Notes under the pieces: generated by a model | Databases searched by the model: none | Told to the model about the DNA's origin: nothing | What the model saw: the letters and a program-made list of their open reading frames with translations, nothing else | Shown: positions 19,503 through 29,734 of the stretch, one piece after another | Numbering within the stretch: position 1 is the first letter of the stretch | Layout: the number at the start of each line of letters is the position of its first letter | Made by a program: the position numbers and the translations under genes | DNA from: Negativicutes bacterium | GTDB lineage: Bacteria > Bacillota > Negativicutes > UBA1444 | Assembly (NCBI GenBank): GCA_963665275.2 | Contig: CAXXIN010000007.1 | Coordinates: 64,001-128,000, forward strand | Reading direction: 5' to 3' | Length of the DNA: 64,000 nucleotides

Positions 19503-20182
19503 GCCTGCTCACCTCCCTTGTTGTTCCTGCCTGCGGCCTTGATCGACCGGTCCAGCAGGAGGAAGCGCACCAATGCGATGGCAGAAGCAGCGACTGCCGA
19601 TGGGATCGCATATTGCGCCATCACCATCAAATCGACCTTATAACCGGCGTTTTCCAGCACCCCTTTAACCAGTAATAACCCACCGGCTGCCGGAAACAAC
19701 AGCTGGCCGAAGAAATTGCCGTAATTCTCGGCGGAAGCTGACATCCCGCGGACGCGGTCCATCCATGCCGTTCCTTTGACGCCCTCCCGGATAGCTGCCG
19801 CCTCCGTCATCGGTGCGATGATAGGCCGGATGAAACTCGGATGACCACCCAGCTGCAAGCCCAATCCGACCGTCACCTGCCGAAACAGCTGATACACGAA
19901 CATGACTCTGCCTGCCGTCAGTGTTTGCATGCTGCGGATGATATCCTCCGCTTTTTCACGCAGTCCGAATCGTTCCAAAATGCCGATGACCGGCAGCACC
20001 AGAATGAGCAGGGACATATAACGGTTGGTGACAAAAGCCTGGCCAATCGCCGTCAAAATGTCTATTGGCGTCATTCCTGCCACCAGGCCAGTGGCAAATC
20101 CGGCCACCAGAACGACCAGGAGGGGATTAAAACGAAATACTAGTCCGACGATAACGATTGCGACTCCAATTAATTTGATCAA
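19499..20182 (-). CDS. DUF969-family membrane protein (putative 5-oxoproline transporter subunit)
   Basis: LPVIGILERFGLRE, LGGHPSFIRP and ENYGNFFGQ; coupled to the DUF979 gene. Confidence 0.85.
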   Translation of the reverse strand: MIKLIGVAIVIVGLVFRFNPLLVVLVAGFATGLVAGMTPIDILTAIGQAFVTNRYMSLLILVLPVIGILERFGLREKAEDIIRSMQTLTAGRVMFVYQLFRQVTVGLGLQLGGHPSFIRPIIAPMTEAAAIREGVKGTAWMDRVRGMSASAENYGNFFGQLLFPAAGGLLLVKGVLENAGYKVDLMVMAQYAIPSAVAASAIALVRFLLLDRSIKAAGRNNKGGEQA

Positions 20183-20399
20183 AATTTCATCCTCCTTTGC
20201 TATGTATGATCGTCAAGAATCCGCGAGAGACGGAAATTTATGGTTTTGTTCAATCATCCGTACTATATTCATGTTCCACACCTGTGCCCTGACTCCTGCA
20301 ATCAAGCGTCTTCCGGCGATAAAATACGCATTTTCAGGCACACCCCCTTGCCGGATATGGTAAAATTAGAGATATCATAATGAACAGGAGGACTCCGTC

Positions 20400-22328
20400 A
20401 TGACACAACATCCTATTGGCAAAGAAACTCGTGAGTTTCAGACCGAAACCAAACAACTCCTCGACCTGATGATCCACTCCATCTACACCAATCGGGAGAT
20501 ATTCCTACGGGAATTGATCTCCAACGCCTCCGATGCCATCGATAAAATCAGGGTCCAATCGCTGACCAACCATGAACTGTTGGAAAACGACCCCAATTTT
20601 GAAATAACCCTCGCCGCCGATGAACAGGCGCATACCCTGACCATCTCGGACAATGGCATTGGCATGACCTACGATGAAGTCGTCGAAAACATCGGCACCA
20701 TCGCTAAATCGGGCACCAAATCGTTCCTGGAGAAACTGAAGGAAGCCGGCACGGTCGGCGACAGTGAGCTCATCGGCCAGTTCGGCGTAGGCTTCTACTC
20801 CGCGTTCATGGTAGCGGACAAAGTCACCCTGATCACCCGCGCACCCGGCGAAGCCAAGGGCGTTCGCTGGGAATCCATCGGTGACGGCACCTATACCATC
20901 GAAGAATGCGAACGGGAAAAACGCGGCACCAGCCTCATCCTCTCACTCCATACCGATTTCCACTCCCCCGAACATCCGGAAGAAAACTTCCTCAACCAGT
21001 ACACCCTGCAACGACTGGTCAAAAAATACTCCGACTACATCCGTTACCCAATCAAAATGACCTTCACCGTCAAAGGCAAAGAAGGCGAAGCGGATACCCT
21101 CGAAGTCCGCACCTTGAACTCGATGACGCCGCTGTGGGTCAAGCCCAAAAACGAGATAACCCCGGAAGAGTATAGCCAGTTCTACAAGGAAGTCTTCCAC
21201 GCCTGGGATGACCCGCTCGAAATCATCCATACGAAGGCGGAAGGCGCTGTCGAATACACCACACTGCTCTTCATCCCCTCCCACGCTCCTTTCGACTTCT
21301 ACCAGCGGGAGATGACGTCAGGCATCAGGCTCTATTCGAAAAACGTCTTCGTCATGGATAACTACCAGGACCTGCTACCGGAATACCTCAGATTTGTCCG
21401 GGGCCTCGTCGATTCACCCGACTTCTCGCTCAACATCTCCCGCGAACTGCTCCAACACAGCAGCCAGATGAAAAAGATCGGCAAAAACCTGGAGAAGACC
21501 ATCTTCAAAACCTTGGAGAAACTCATCACCAAGGACCGGCCAAAATATGTGACCTTCTGGCAGGAATACGGCAAAGCCATCAAAAACGGCGTCTACGCCG
21601 ACTTCGCCAACCGCGAAAAACTGCAGGATCTGCTGATGTTCCCGTCTTCCCATTCTGCAGACGAGCAGACGACGATCGCGGAATATATCGAGCGCATGCC
21701 GGAAACACAGACCGTTATCTATTACGCTACAGGCAAGGATCGTGCCGCTGTCGAACGCCTGCCGCAAATGGAGATCCTGAAGGAGAAAGGTCTCGAAGTC
21801 CTCTACCTGTTCGACCGGGTCGATGAATTCGCGATCGATGCTCTGCGGGAATACAAGGATAAGAAGTTCCAGTCGGTCAGTCGCGGTGACCTGAAACTAA
21901 AAGAGCTCGATTCGCCGGCTGAAAAGAAAGACGACGAAACTCTCGCCAAAGAGAGCGAACCGTTGATTGCCGCCGTCAAGGAACAACTGAAAGGCCGCAT
22001 CGCCGACGTCAAAATCAGCAACCGGCTGAAATCCAGCCCAGTCTGCCTCGTCAGCGGAGACGAAGGCATCAGCCTGTCGATGGAGCAAATCCTGTCCGAA
22101 ATGGACAAGCCCATCTACAAAGCCAGCCGGATTCTGGAACTGAATCCTGAGCACGAGCTGTTCGGCGTCCTGAAAAATCTGTTCGCCACTGCCCCCGACT
22201 CTGAGAACTTCAAGGATTACTGCGAGCTGCTATATGGCCAGGCTCTCCTGATGGAAGGGCTGGCGCCGGAAGACCCGGCGGGCTTCGCCACCAAAGTCGC
22301 TCGCCTGATGACCAACCTATCCAAATAA
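20400..22328 (+). CDS. htpG: Molecular chaperone HtpG (Hsp90)
   Basis: IFLRELISNASDA, DNGIGM, GTIAKSGT, IGQFGVGFYSAFMVA and LNISRE. Confidence 0.97.
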   Translation: MTQHPIGKETREFQTETKQLLDLMIHSIYTNREIFLRELISNASDAIDKIRVQSLTNHELLENDPNFEITLAADEQAHTLTISDNGIGMTYDEVVENIGTIAKSGTKSFLEKLKEAGTVGDSELIGQFGVGFYSAFMVADKVTLITRAPGEAKGVRWESIGDGTYTIEECEREKRGTSLILSLHTDFHSPEHPEENFLNQYTLQRLVKKYSDYIRYPIKMTFTVKGKEGEADTLEVRTLNSMTPLWVKPKNEITPEEYSQFYKEVFHAWDDPLEIIHTKAEGAVEYTTLLFIPSHAPFDFYQREMTSGIRLYSKNVFVMDNYQDLLPEYLRFVRGLVDSPDFSLNISRELLQHSSQMKKIGKNLEKTIFKTLEKLITKDRPKYVTFWQEYGKAIKNGVYADFANREKLQDLLMFPSSHSADEQTTIAEYIERMPETQTVIYYATGKDRAAVERLPQMEILKEKGLEVLYLFDRVDEFAIDALREYKDKKFQSVSRGDLKLKELDSPAEKKDDETLAKESEPLIAAVKEQLKGRIADVKISNRLKSSPVCLVSGDEGISLSMEQILSEMDKPIYKASRILELNPEHELFGVLKNLFATAPDSENFKDYCELLYGQALLMEGLAPEDPAGFATKVARLMTNLSK

Positions 22329-22355
22329 AACGTTAAACTGCTGCTATAATGCTAA

Positions 22356-22407
22356 AAAGGGTCTGTCTCAAGCAGGTATTAAAACCTACTTCAGGGACAG
22401 GCCCTTT
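22356..22407. terminator. Hairpin/terminator between convergent htpG and cydC
   Basis: AAAGGGTCTGTC...GACAGGCCCTTT imperfect inverted repeat. Confidence 0.6.
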
Positions 22408-22456
22408 GACTTTTACCAAAATGCAATTATATCTTCTGTTCCAATTTGTCAGCGGG

Positions 22457-24184
22457 CTAACTAAAAACGTCTTGCTGCAACGCCAACATTTTATAAAGAA
22501 AACCTTGCTTAGCTAACAGTTCATTCCATCGCCCTTGCTCCACTATGCGCCCCCGGTCCAGCACCAGAATTTCATCCATATTTTGCAGGCCGTTCAGTTG
22601 ATGCGTGACCAAAACAACGCATCGCCCTTCCCGCATGATCGCCCCTCCCTCAGCCAACAATTGGCTGGCCAGATGAGGGTCCAGTCCAGCAGCCGGTTCA
22701 TCCAGGAGAAGAATAGGAGGATCCTTCAGCAGCGCTCTCGCCAAAGACAGCCGTCGTCGTTCTCCGCCAGACAACCCCTGTCCCTCTTCGCCAACCATAC
22801 TATCCATACCGTTCGGCAATCCTCGGACCACCTCTCCCAAACAAACCTCTTCCAGCGCTTTCCACAATTCCTGGTCCGAAGCGCAGGGTTTGGCCAACCT
22901 GAGATTGTCCGCTACCGTAGCGTGGAAAATGTGATCGTTCTGCAATACCACCCCCATCGCTTCTTGCAGCGCGGCGGGAGAGATTTCCTGGATCGGTCGG
23001 CCGTTGAGCAAAACTGAACCGCACTCAGCGGTTTGCAGGCGGGACAGCAAGGCGATGATCGTACTTTTTCCAGCGCCGCTAGGCCCCACCACGGCGATAC
23101 GTTTGCCGGGAGCGAGCGCAAAACTGACTTGTCGAAGGGTGTAGACATCACCGGGCGGATAACGAAAACTCACATCGTTAAAAGCAACGTGGAATGGAGC
23201 CGCTAGAACTTGAGTTCCTACGGTGATGAGCGACAAGTCCCGGGTACCCGCCGAGAAAATCCGCTCTGCCGAATCACGGATTTCTTCCCAATATCGCCAG
23301 ATGCACGGTAATGGGAAAAATGCTTCAAAGCTGCTTTGGATTACCAGAGCCCACGTCGCCAGAAAAATTCCTTCGATTTTGCCGCAACGCACCAGGAACA
23401 CAAGCAATGCAAGCGCACCAATAAACACGACATTGGCAACCAGCTGTCCTCCCGCTTCCCCTAGCGCATCTTTTTGCCGGCATTGGCTCTGCGCTGACAA
23501 AAACGCTGAATTTGAGTCATGAAATCGCTCCAACATGAGGTTGCCTCGCCCAAAGGCCGACAAGTCCCGTAGTCCGCGAATACTGTCCAGAATCGATGCC
23601 TGAAAGCAGGCGCGCGCCGCAGCCAGGTTCCGATTCTTTTCGTTATCATCCCGATGGATCAATGCCGGGAGCAAAACGCCCATGGTGAGGAGGCCGCCAA
23701 AAAACCACAAGGCAAGCCAAAACTGTAACTGCGCCAACAGGAGGGTAACGGCAACGAGAACAAAAAAAGCGACGCCACCTGGAAGAATGATCCGAACCGG
23801 AAGAAACTTCAGGGTTTCCACATCTGCGACCATCCGGGTAAACAAATCGGCGGAAGAAAATCGGGCAAGGCCTGCCGGCGCCAGCGGTTCAAGCGAGCCA
23901 AAGAACCAGACTCTGATTTCACGCAACAAGCGCAGCGCAGCATCATGCCCGGCATATCTTTCAACATAACGGGAAAAAGCACGGCTTATACCGAAAAACC
24001 GCACCCCGACGATAGCAATGGAAAGTGCGGCAAACGGAGGATGCAGCGCCGCAAGTGAAAGCAGATAAGCAGAAGTAGCCATCAATCCGACATTCGCCGC
24101 AATGGTAACTACCGTGAATATTGCCGCCGCACACAGGGCAGGCCAGGTAGGAGCAATCAACGACAATAAACGTCGGATCAACAT
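22457..24184 (-). CDS. cydC: Thiol-reductant ABC exporter subunit CydC
   Basis: VRFFGISRA..RYVERYAGHDAA, GPSGAGKST, LSGGERRR and LLLDEP; last gene of the cyd operon. Confidence 0.9.
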   Translation of the reverse strand: MLIRRLLSLIAPTWPALCAAAIFTVVTIAANVGLMATSAYLLSLAALHPPFAALSIAIVGVRFFGISRAFSRYVERYAGHDAALRLLREIRVWFFGSLEPLAPAGLARFSSADLFTRMVADVETLKFLPVRIILPGGVAFFVLVAVTLLLAQLQFWLALWFFGGLLTMGVLLPALIHRDDNEKNRNLAAARACFQASILDSIRGLRDLSAFGRGNLMLERFHDSNSAFLSAQSQCRQKDALGEAGGQLVANVVFIGALALLVFLVRCGKIEGIFLATWALVIQSSFEAFFPLPCIWRYWEEIRDSAERIFSAGTRDLSLITVGTQVLAAPFHVAFNDVSFRYPPGDVYTLRQVSFALAPGKRIAVVGPSGAGKSTIIALLSRLQTAECGSVLLNGRPIQEISPAALQEAMGVVLQNDHIFHATVADNLRLAKPCASDQELWKALEEVCLGEVVRGLPNGMDSMVGEEGQGLSGGERRRLSLARALLKDPPILLLDEPAAGLDPHLASQLLAEGGAIMREGRCVVLVTHQLNGLQNMDEILVLDRGRIVEQGRWNELLAKQGFLYKMLALQQDVFS

Positions 24185-25908
24185 TCTTCCCTCCTCCCTG
24201 TTGCAATAAGCGAGGAATAGAATCCATGCCGTCCGCACAAGCTTACGTGAGTTCCCGACTCCACCAGTAATCCCTCATGAAAAACGAGCACTCGGTCCGC
24301 TTTTCGCGCCGTACTGGGACGATGCGCGATAACAAGTACCGTCCGGCGATCCTGAAGACGAAGGAGGGATTCCTGAATCAGCTTCTCGTTGAAAGGATCG
24401 AGTGCAGTCATCGCTTCATCCATTAACACTAGGGGCGCATCTCGGAAAAATGCGCGAGCAATGGCGATGCGTTGGGCCTCGCCGCCACTTATCCCAACGC
24501 CGCCTTCGCCTATTGGAGTGTCATATCCGGCAGGGAGTTGACGAATCCAGTCTTCCAGCCCCGACAATGCGGCTGCTTCTTCGACCTTGCCCGGTGAGTC
24601 CACGCCGTCAAAACGAATATTGTCGCGAATCGTTCCCTGAAACAAGTGAGGAAACTGAGGAACATAAGCGATGGAGGATAGCCAGTCTTGTTTTGCCAAA
24701 TCGGATAGTCGCTGTCCGTTAATCCATATTTCACCTTTTTGGGGTTGGATAAATCGCATCAACAAGTCAAAGGCCGTACTTTTCCCAGCGCCGCTGTGCC
24801 CAACCAAGGCCACTTTTTCGCCCGCCGCTATAGAAAAGCTGACGGAAGAAAGAGCAGGTCGCCGATTTTCAGCATAAGAAAAAGAGACGTCCTCAAACAA
24901 TAACGATGGAGCGCGCTCCATCCGAAAGTGTACCGGATTGGTCGGGCAACTTTCCGCTTTGCATGTCGTTAATAGTTCCTGTATTTTTTCCGCCGCGGTG
25001 ATTCCGGCTAACCCGGCGTGGTAATGAGTTCCCAGCAGGCGAAATGGAAAATAAAATTCCGGCGCCAGAACCAACACGAAAAAAGCCTGTTGGAAAGCAA
25101 GTTGCCCAAAAAGCAGTTTAAGCCCAACCACTACGGCAATCACGGCCGTTCCCAACGTAGCCAGCAGTTCCAGGACCAGCGCCGATAAAAATGCAACGCG
25201 CAATACACCGAGAGTGGAACGCCGGAGTTGTTCACTGAGGCGGGCGATCACTTCAATTTGTTCACGGCTTCTTCCCCATACTTTTAACGTAACCAAGCCG
25301 GTTAAAACGTCCAAAAAATGACCGCCAAGAAAATGAAAAAGCTTCCACTGCCTATTTTGCAGTTGTTCGGCCCATCGACCAATCAAAATCATGAAACAAG
25401 GAATCAGCGGGGCAGTAACGAGCAGGATAGCCGCAGCAGTGAAATCAACATTGAATACGCAAACCAGCACAACGACCGGAATGACCAGCACAGAAACCAA
25501 TTGGAGCAGGTATTTGGAAAAATAGGCATCGATGCCATCCATCCCGTCGCCCAGCAGGTGCAGGAGTTCTCCTGAACGTTCCTGGGCAACGCGCACCGGG
25601 CCGATAGCAAAAAAATGAGTGAGAATGCGTTGCCGCAATGAAGTTTTTATTGCCGCCGCCAAGTTAACACCAAGGCGCTCGCTGCCCCAGATCGCACTTG
25701 CCCTGATCACAGCCGCCGCCAGCATCACCGCAAAAAGAGGCCAGAGCTCGCCGATTCCTTGCTCAGCGAGAAAGGCCCCTTGAACGATGGCAGCAAAAGC
25801 GTAAGCCTGTGCGATAATGGCCAGGCATCCCAGCAGATTGATAATAACAAGACTCACCGCAAGCTTGCCGTGCGAGCGGAGTTCCTGCGCAAGAAGAGTT
25901 TGAAACAT
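24178..25908 (-). CDS. cydD: Thiol-reductant ABC exporter subunit CydD
   Basis: TAPLIPCFMILIG, LRVAFLSALVLE, LAPEFYFPFRLLGTHYHA, GHSGAGKST and ISGGEAQR. Confidence 0.9.
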   Translation of the reverse strand: MFQTLLAQELRSHGKLAVSLVIINLLGCLAIIAQAYAFAAIVQGAFLAEQGIGELWPLFAVMLAAAVIRASAIWGSERLGVNLAAAIKTSLRQRILTHFFAIGPVRVAQERSGELLHLLGDGMDGIDAYFSKYLLQLVSVLVIPVVVLVCVFNVDFTAAAILLVTAPLIPCFMILIGRWAEQLQNRQWKLFHFLGGHFLDVLTGLVTLKVWGRSREQIEVIARLSEQLRRSTLGVLRVAFLSALVLELLATLGTAVIAVVVGLKLLFGQLAFQQAFFVLVLAPEFYFPFRLLGTHYHAGLAGITAAEKIQELLTTCKAESCPTNPVHFRMERAPSLLFEDVSFSYAENRRPALSSVSFSIAAGEKVALVGHSGAGKSTAFDLLMRFIQPQKGEIWINGQRLSDLAKQDWLSSIAYVPQFPHLFQGTIRDNIRFDGVDSPGKVEEAAALSGLEDWIRQLPAGYDTPIGEGGVGISGGEAQRIAIARAFFRDAPLVLMDEAMTALDPFNEKLIQESLLRLQDRRTVLVIAHRPSTARKADRVLVFHEGLLVESGTHVSLCGRHGFYSSLIATGRREEC

Positions 25909-25922
25909 GCCCTCTCTCCATG

Positions 25923-25956
25923 AAAAAGCCGCCCAATCGCTACCGATTCAGGCGGC
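25923..25956 (-). terminator. Internal terminator-like hairpin between cydB and cydD
   Basis: Minus strand GCCGCC..GGCGGC stem followed by TTTTT. Confidence 0.55.
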
Positions 25957-25974
25957 CGCCATTTTATCCATTGT

Positions 25975-26979
25975 TTAGTATTCTAGGTTCTTTCCCGATA
26001 CCCTTCGGCGAAAAACCCAGTAAGTCCATATTTGATACGCCAATACCACAGGAACCAAAATGAATGCTGCGACGGTCATCAGCTTCAGAGTGTAGGGGCT
26101 GGACGACGCATTATAGATAGTTAGGCTCCACGCGGGGTTCAGACTGGATACGATGAGTCTCGGAAACAATCCTAGGAAAAAAGCAACCGTCGTCAACAGA
26201 ATGGTGATCCCGCTCAAAGCAAAAGCCCCGGCAAAACGGCGAAGAACCACCAACGCAAAAGCAGCGACAAACGTCGCCACCGCCCCCCACAAAGCAATAC
26301 CAGCGGCCAAACTACTGAACAGATCGGTTTTCAAATACGTCAGACCAACCAAAGTGAGAACAGTCAAGGCCGCGACTACTCCCACGCCCAGAGCCGCCTG
26401 CCGGGACCGATTCACCAGCTGTCCCTCCGTCTTCAACGAAAGGTAAACCGCGCCATGGAAGACAAACACCGCCAAAAAAGCAACTCCGCCAATCAGCGTA
26501 TAAACACTCAACAAGTCAAAGAATGTGCCGACATAGTGCATCTTGGCATCTACAGGAACCCCTTGGATAAGATTCGTTACCGTAACTCCCCAAAGTATTG
26601 CCGGGATAATGCTGCCGGCAAAAATCAGCCAATCCCAGCTTGATCGCCAACGTGAGGAACTTTCTTTGCTGCGGAACTCAAAACCAACGCCTCTGACGAT
26701 TAAAGCGGCCAACATCAGGAAAAGAGCCAAATAGAAGCCACTGAACAACGTAGCGTATACATGAGGGAAAGCAGCGAACATGGCTCCCCCTGCCGTGACC
26801 ATCCAAACCTCGTTTCCATCCCAGACCGGTCCGATCGTATTGATGAGAATTCGTCGTTCAAGGTCATTTTTTCCCAGAAAGGGTAACAGCACTCCCACTC
26901 CGTAGTCGAATCCTTCCAAGAAGAAAAAGCCAATGAAAAGTACGGTCAAAAGAATAAACCAAATGACATTCAGTTCCAC
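25975..26979 (-). CDS. cydB: Cytochrome bd ubiquinol oxidase subunit II
   Basis: LEGFDYGVG, IGPVWDGNEVW, FAAFP and YQIWTYWVF. Confidence 0.95.
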   Translation of the reverse strand: MELNVIWFILLTVLFIGFFFLEGFDYGVGVLLPFLGKNDLERRILINTIGPVWDGNEVWMVTAGGAMFAAFPHVYATLFSGFYLALFLMLAALIVRGVGFEFRSKESSSRWRSSWDWLIFAGSIIPAILWGVTVTNLIQGVPVDAKMHYVGTFFDLLSVYTLIGGVAFLAVFVFHGAVYLSLKTEGQLVNRSRQAALGVGVVAALTVLTLVGLTYLKTDLFSSLAAGIALWGAVATFVAAFALVVLRRFAGAFALSGITILLTTVAFFLGLFPRLIVSSLNPAWSLTIYNASSSPYTLKLMTVAAFILVPVVLAYQIWTYWVFRRRVSGKNLEY

Positions 26980-28352
26980 AGTATCGCCTCCTTCACAGTC
27001 TCGGAAGCTGTCTTAGACGCATCCTCCGGCCCTGCCCCGGCAAACTTGACAAGCAAACGCACGCCAACCACTGCCAGAATTCCGTATAAAAGAGTGAATC
27101 CAATGAGCGACGTCCAAACTGCGCCTGATGAAACCGTAGGCGAAACAGCCTGTTCAACGCGTTGCAGGCCAAATACGATCCAAGGCTGCCGCCCCATTTC
27201 GGTAACGATCCAACCTGCCGAGTTAGCCAGATACGGCGCAGGCAGGGACCAAAGCGCGGCGCGCAGAAGCCATGGCGTTTCTTCCAGGCGGTTTTTTCGT
27301 AACAGATAGAACGAGAACAGCGTGAGAAACAGCATCCACAATCCAGCCGCAATCATTACCCGATAGCTCCAGAACACAGGCAAGATATCGGGCACATAAT
27401 TTCCTTGTCCATACATTTGCGCATATTGTGATTGGAGTTCCTTAATTCCCTTGATCTCCCCATCCAAGGATCCGTACACCATCAGGGAAAGCCCGCCAGG
27501 GATACCCACTTCCAGTGAATTCTTCTGGTTCTGCTGGTCAATGGAGGCAAATAAAAGATACGGCGCAGGTTTGGCCGATTCCCATAGCGATTCCATGACA
27601 GCCAATTTCATCGGCTGAGCTTTGGCAACATGTTGCGCTTGCAAATGTCCTGTTCCCGCCACCAACAAAGTTGCGGCCAACGCACAAAACAAACCAATTC
27701 GAAAAGAGGTACGGAAGAATTCCGGCTGATTTTTTCGCAGGAGATGATAAGCACTGATTGCCATGATGAAAATACCCGCCGTCGTAAAACCGCCGAACAA
27801 GGTATGGGGATATTGATTCAACACATACGGATTGGTAAGAACCGCAAAAAAATCCGTCATTTCGGCACGACCATTACGCAGGACGTAGCCAACGGGGGCC
27901 TGCATGAACGAATTGGCGACCAAAATCCAGAGCGCAGAAAGATTGGCCGCAAAAGCCACCAACCAAATGGAAGCCAAATGGACTTTCGGTGACAACCGAT
28001 CCCAGCCGAACACCCACAGCCCCAGAAAAACCGATTCAAGATAAAAGGCTGTCAATGCCTCCAGCGCCAAAGGAACTCCAAAGATATCACCCATAAAACG
28101 CGAGTATTCGGACCAATTCATGCCGAATTGAAATTCTTGAACCAAGCCGGTAACTACACCTAATGCAAAATTGATCAGGAACAGCTTACCCCAAAATTTG
28201 GTCATTTTTTTGTATAGATCTTGCCCTGTTTTTACATACAGCGTTTCCATCACAGCCACCATAACAGACAAGCCCAGTGTGAGTGGAACAAAAAGGAAAT
28301 GATAGACTGAAGTAATACCAAACTGCCAGCGTGCTAATAAAACATCTCCCAT
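26970..28352 (-). CDS. cydA: Cytochrome bd ubiquinol oxidase subunit I
   Basis: LARWQF..YHFLFVP, EFQFGMNW, QPMKLA and EMGRQPW; start at ATG 28352. Confidence 0.95.
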   Translation of the reverse strand: MGDVLLARWQFGITSVYHFLFVPLTLGLSVMVAVMETLYVKTGQDLYKKMTKFWGKLFLINFALGVVTGLVQEFQFGMNWSEYSRFMGDIFGVPLALEALTAFYLESVFLGLWVFGWDRLSPKVHLASIWLVAFAANLSALWILVANSFMQAPVGYVLRNGRAEMTDFFAVLTNPYVLNQYPHTLFGGFTTAGIFIMAISAYHLLRKNQPEFFRTSFRIGLFCALAATLLVAGTGHLQAQHVAKAQPMKLAVMESLWESAKPAPYLLFASIDQQNQKNSLEVGIPGGLSLMVYGSLDGEIKGIKELQSQYAQMYGQGNYVPDILPVFWSYRVMIAAGLWMLFLTLFSFYLLRKNRLEETPWLLRAALWSLPAPYLANSAGWIVTEMGRQPWIVFGLQRVEQAVSPTVSSGAVWTSLIGFTLLYGILAVVGVRLLVKFAGAGPEDASKTASETVKEAILWN

Positions 28353-28512
28353 ACAGAAACCTCCTTTTCCCATCGTCAATAAATAACAAATGCTAACAAA
28401 AATTATTATTCACCAACGAAATAGATTCTCCTGCAAAAAATGGAGAAAGTTCAGCGAAATCTCTATTAAATTATAATTGTAAGTATTGTTCCCGATTAGG
28501 CAACTACGCATC

Positions 28513-28558
28513 AAAAAAGAGAAAATCTGTAGAGCCGGCATGACTCTACAGATTTTCT
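28513..28558 (-). terminator. Intrinsic terminator of the aminoacylase/opp operon
   Basis: 15-bp arms AGAAAATCTGTAGAG/CTCTACAGATTTTCT, with a T tract on the minus strand. Confidence 0.8.
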
Positions 28559-28618
28559 GCTTTTAACACACTGGATATGTGGTATAACGGACAAAATAGC
28601 TAATAAATCGTTAAGACG

Positions 28619-28738
28619 TTATCTGCTGAGAACCTGCCCCTGATAAACTTCCTGATGAACCCCATCCTTTAACACGATATTCCCGTTCACAATGACCACA
28701 TCCATACCGACGGAGTATTGCTTCGGATCGGTAAAGCC
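28619..28738 (-). pseudogene. 3' remnant (39 codons) of a third D-aminoacylase gene
   Basis: Hand translation GFTDPKQYSVGMDVVIVNGNIVLKDGVHQEVYQGQVLSR* aligns with the C-termini of both upstream aminoacylases (e.g. YSDPCQYSTGMDAVLVNGRVAVRKGQFTGVLAGQVLRK); not in the ORF track. Confidence 0.8.
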
Positions 28739-28756
28739 CCCTGCAATAATCCAACA

Positions 28757-29734
28757 TCAGGCGTAAACCTTGTGACAGGCCACTTTATGTCCGGTGCAGA
28801 CTGTTTTTAGTTCCGGCACGGTGTCCCGACAGGCGCCGGCTGCCAGCGGGCAACGAGTATGAAACACGCATCCACTCGGCAGATTGAGTGGCGAAGGAAC
28901 ATCGCCGGTCAAAATCACCCGATCCCTTTTGCGCCGGGGATTGGGATGCGGAACCGCAGACAGCAGCGCCTGTGTATAAGGATGAAAGGGCCGGGCAAAC
29001 AGCTCGTCAGTTTCGGCTTCTTCCATCAAGTTTCCCAGATACATCACACCGATTCGGTCTGAAATATGCCGGACCACGCTTAGATTATGCGCAATAAATA
29101 GATAGGTCAACTTCATATCACGCTGCAACTTTTCCAGCAGGTTAATGATTTGCGACTGTGTAGACACATCCAGCGCCGACACCGGTTCGTCGCAGACCAC
29201 GAATTTCGGTTTCACCGCCAGAGCCCTGGCGAGTACGATGCGTTGCCGCTGGCCCCCGGAGAATTCGTGAGGATAACGATCATAATGATCTGTTTGCAAG
29301 CCAACTTTGTCCAGCAAGTCATAGACCTGTGCTTTGCGGTCCTTATTCTGGCCGATGTCAAAAATATCCATGGTTTCCTTGATCGCAGAGCCGATCCTGA
29401 TTCGTGGGTTCAAAGCAGAAAAGGGGTCCTGAAAGACCAGCTGCAAATCTTTGCGAACTTTGCGCAACTCTTCCTCACCATATTTCAGGATGTTTTTCCC
29501 CTGATAGTACACTTCACCGGCAGTCGGCTCGATCAGCCGCAATACCAGGCGGCCAGTCGTGCTTTTTCCGCAACCGGACTCACCGACCAAGCCATAAGTT
29601 TCACCTTCCTGAATCGCCAACGAAACATCATTGACAGCTTTAACAGAGCTCGGCGACTGTGCCCATCCCCCACCGACCGAAAAATGTTTGACCAATTGTT
29701 TGATTTCTATGAGCGGCGCAGCTTGGCTCGTCAT
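28757..29734 (-). CDS. Oligopeptide/dipeptide ABC transporter ATP-binding subunit (OppF/DppF-like)
   Basis: [34 protein letters not shown] and C-terminal Cys cluster. Confidence 0.92.
   Translation of the reverse strand: MTSQAAPLIEIKQLVKHFSVGGGWAQSPSSVKAVNDVSLAIQEGETYGLVGESGCGKSTTGRLVLRLIEPTAGEVYYQGKNILKYGEEELRKVRKDLQLVFQDPFSALNPRIRIGSAIKETMDIFDIGQNKDRKAQVYDLLDKVGLQTDHYDRYPHEFSGGQRQRIVLARALAVKPKFVVCDEPVSALDVSTQSQIINLLEKLQRDMKLTYLFIAHNLSVVRHISDRIGVMYLGNLMEEAETDELFARPFHPYTQALLSAVPHPNPRRKRDRVILTGDVPSPLNLPSGCVFHTRCPLAAGACRDTVPELKTVCTGHKVACHKVYA

Noticed and set aside
20183-20399. CIRCE heat-shock operator upstream of htpG
   Set aside because: No TTAGCACTC-N9-GAGTGCTAA is present
28370-28400. 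Rex operator upstream of cydA (TTGTTA...TGACGA)
   Set aside because: Spacing is one base short and the right half-site is poor; too weak to call
28619-28759. Stop-codon read-through or selenocysteine fusion of oppF to the in-frame aminoacylase tail
   Set aside because: OppF ends at its normal C-terminus (VACH..) and no SECIS-like hairpin was evident. Being in frame has a one-in-three chance, so a deletion remnant is simpler
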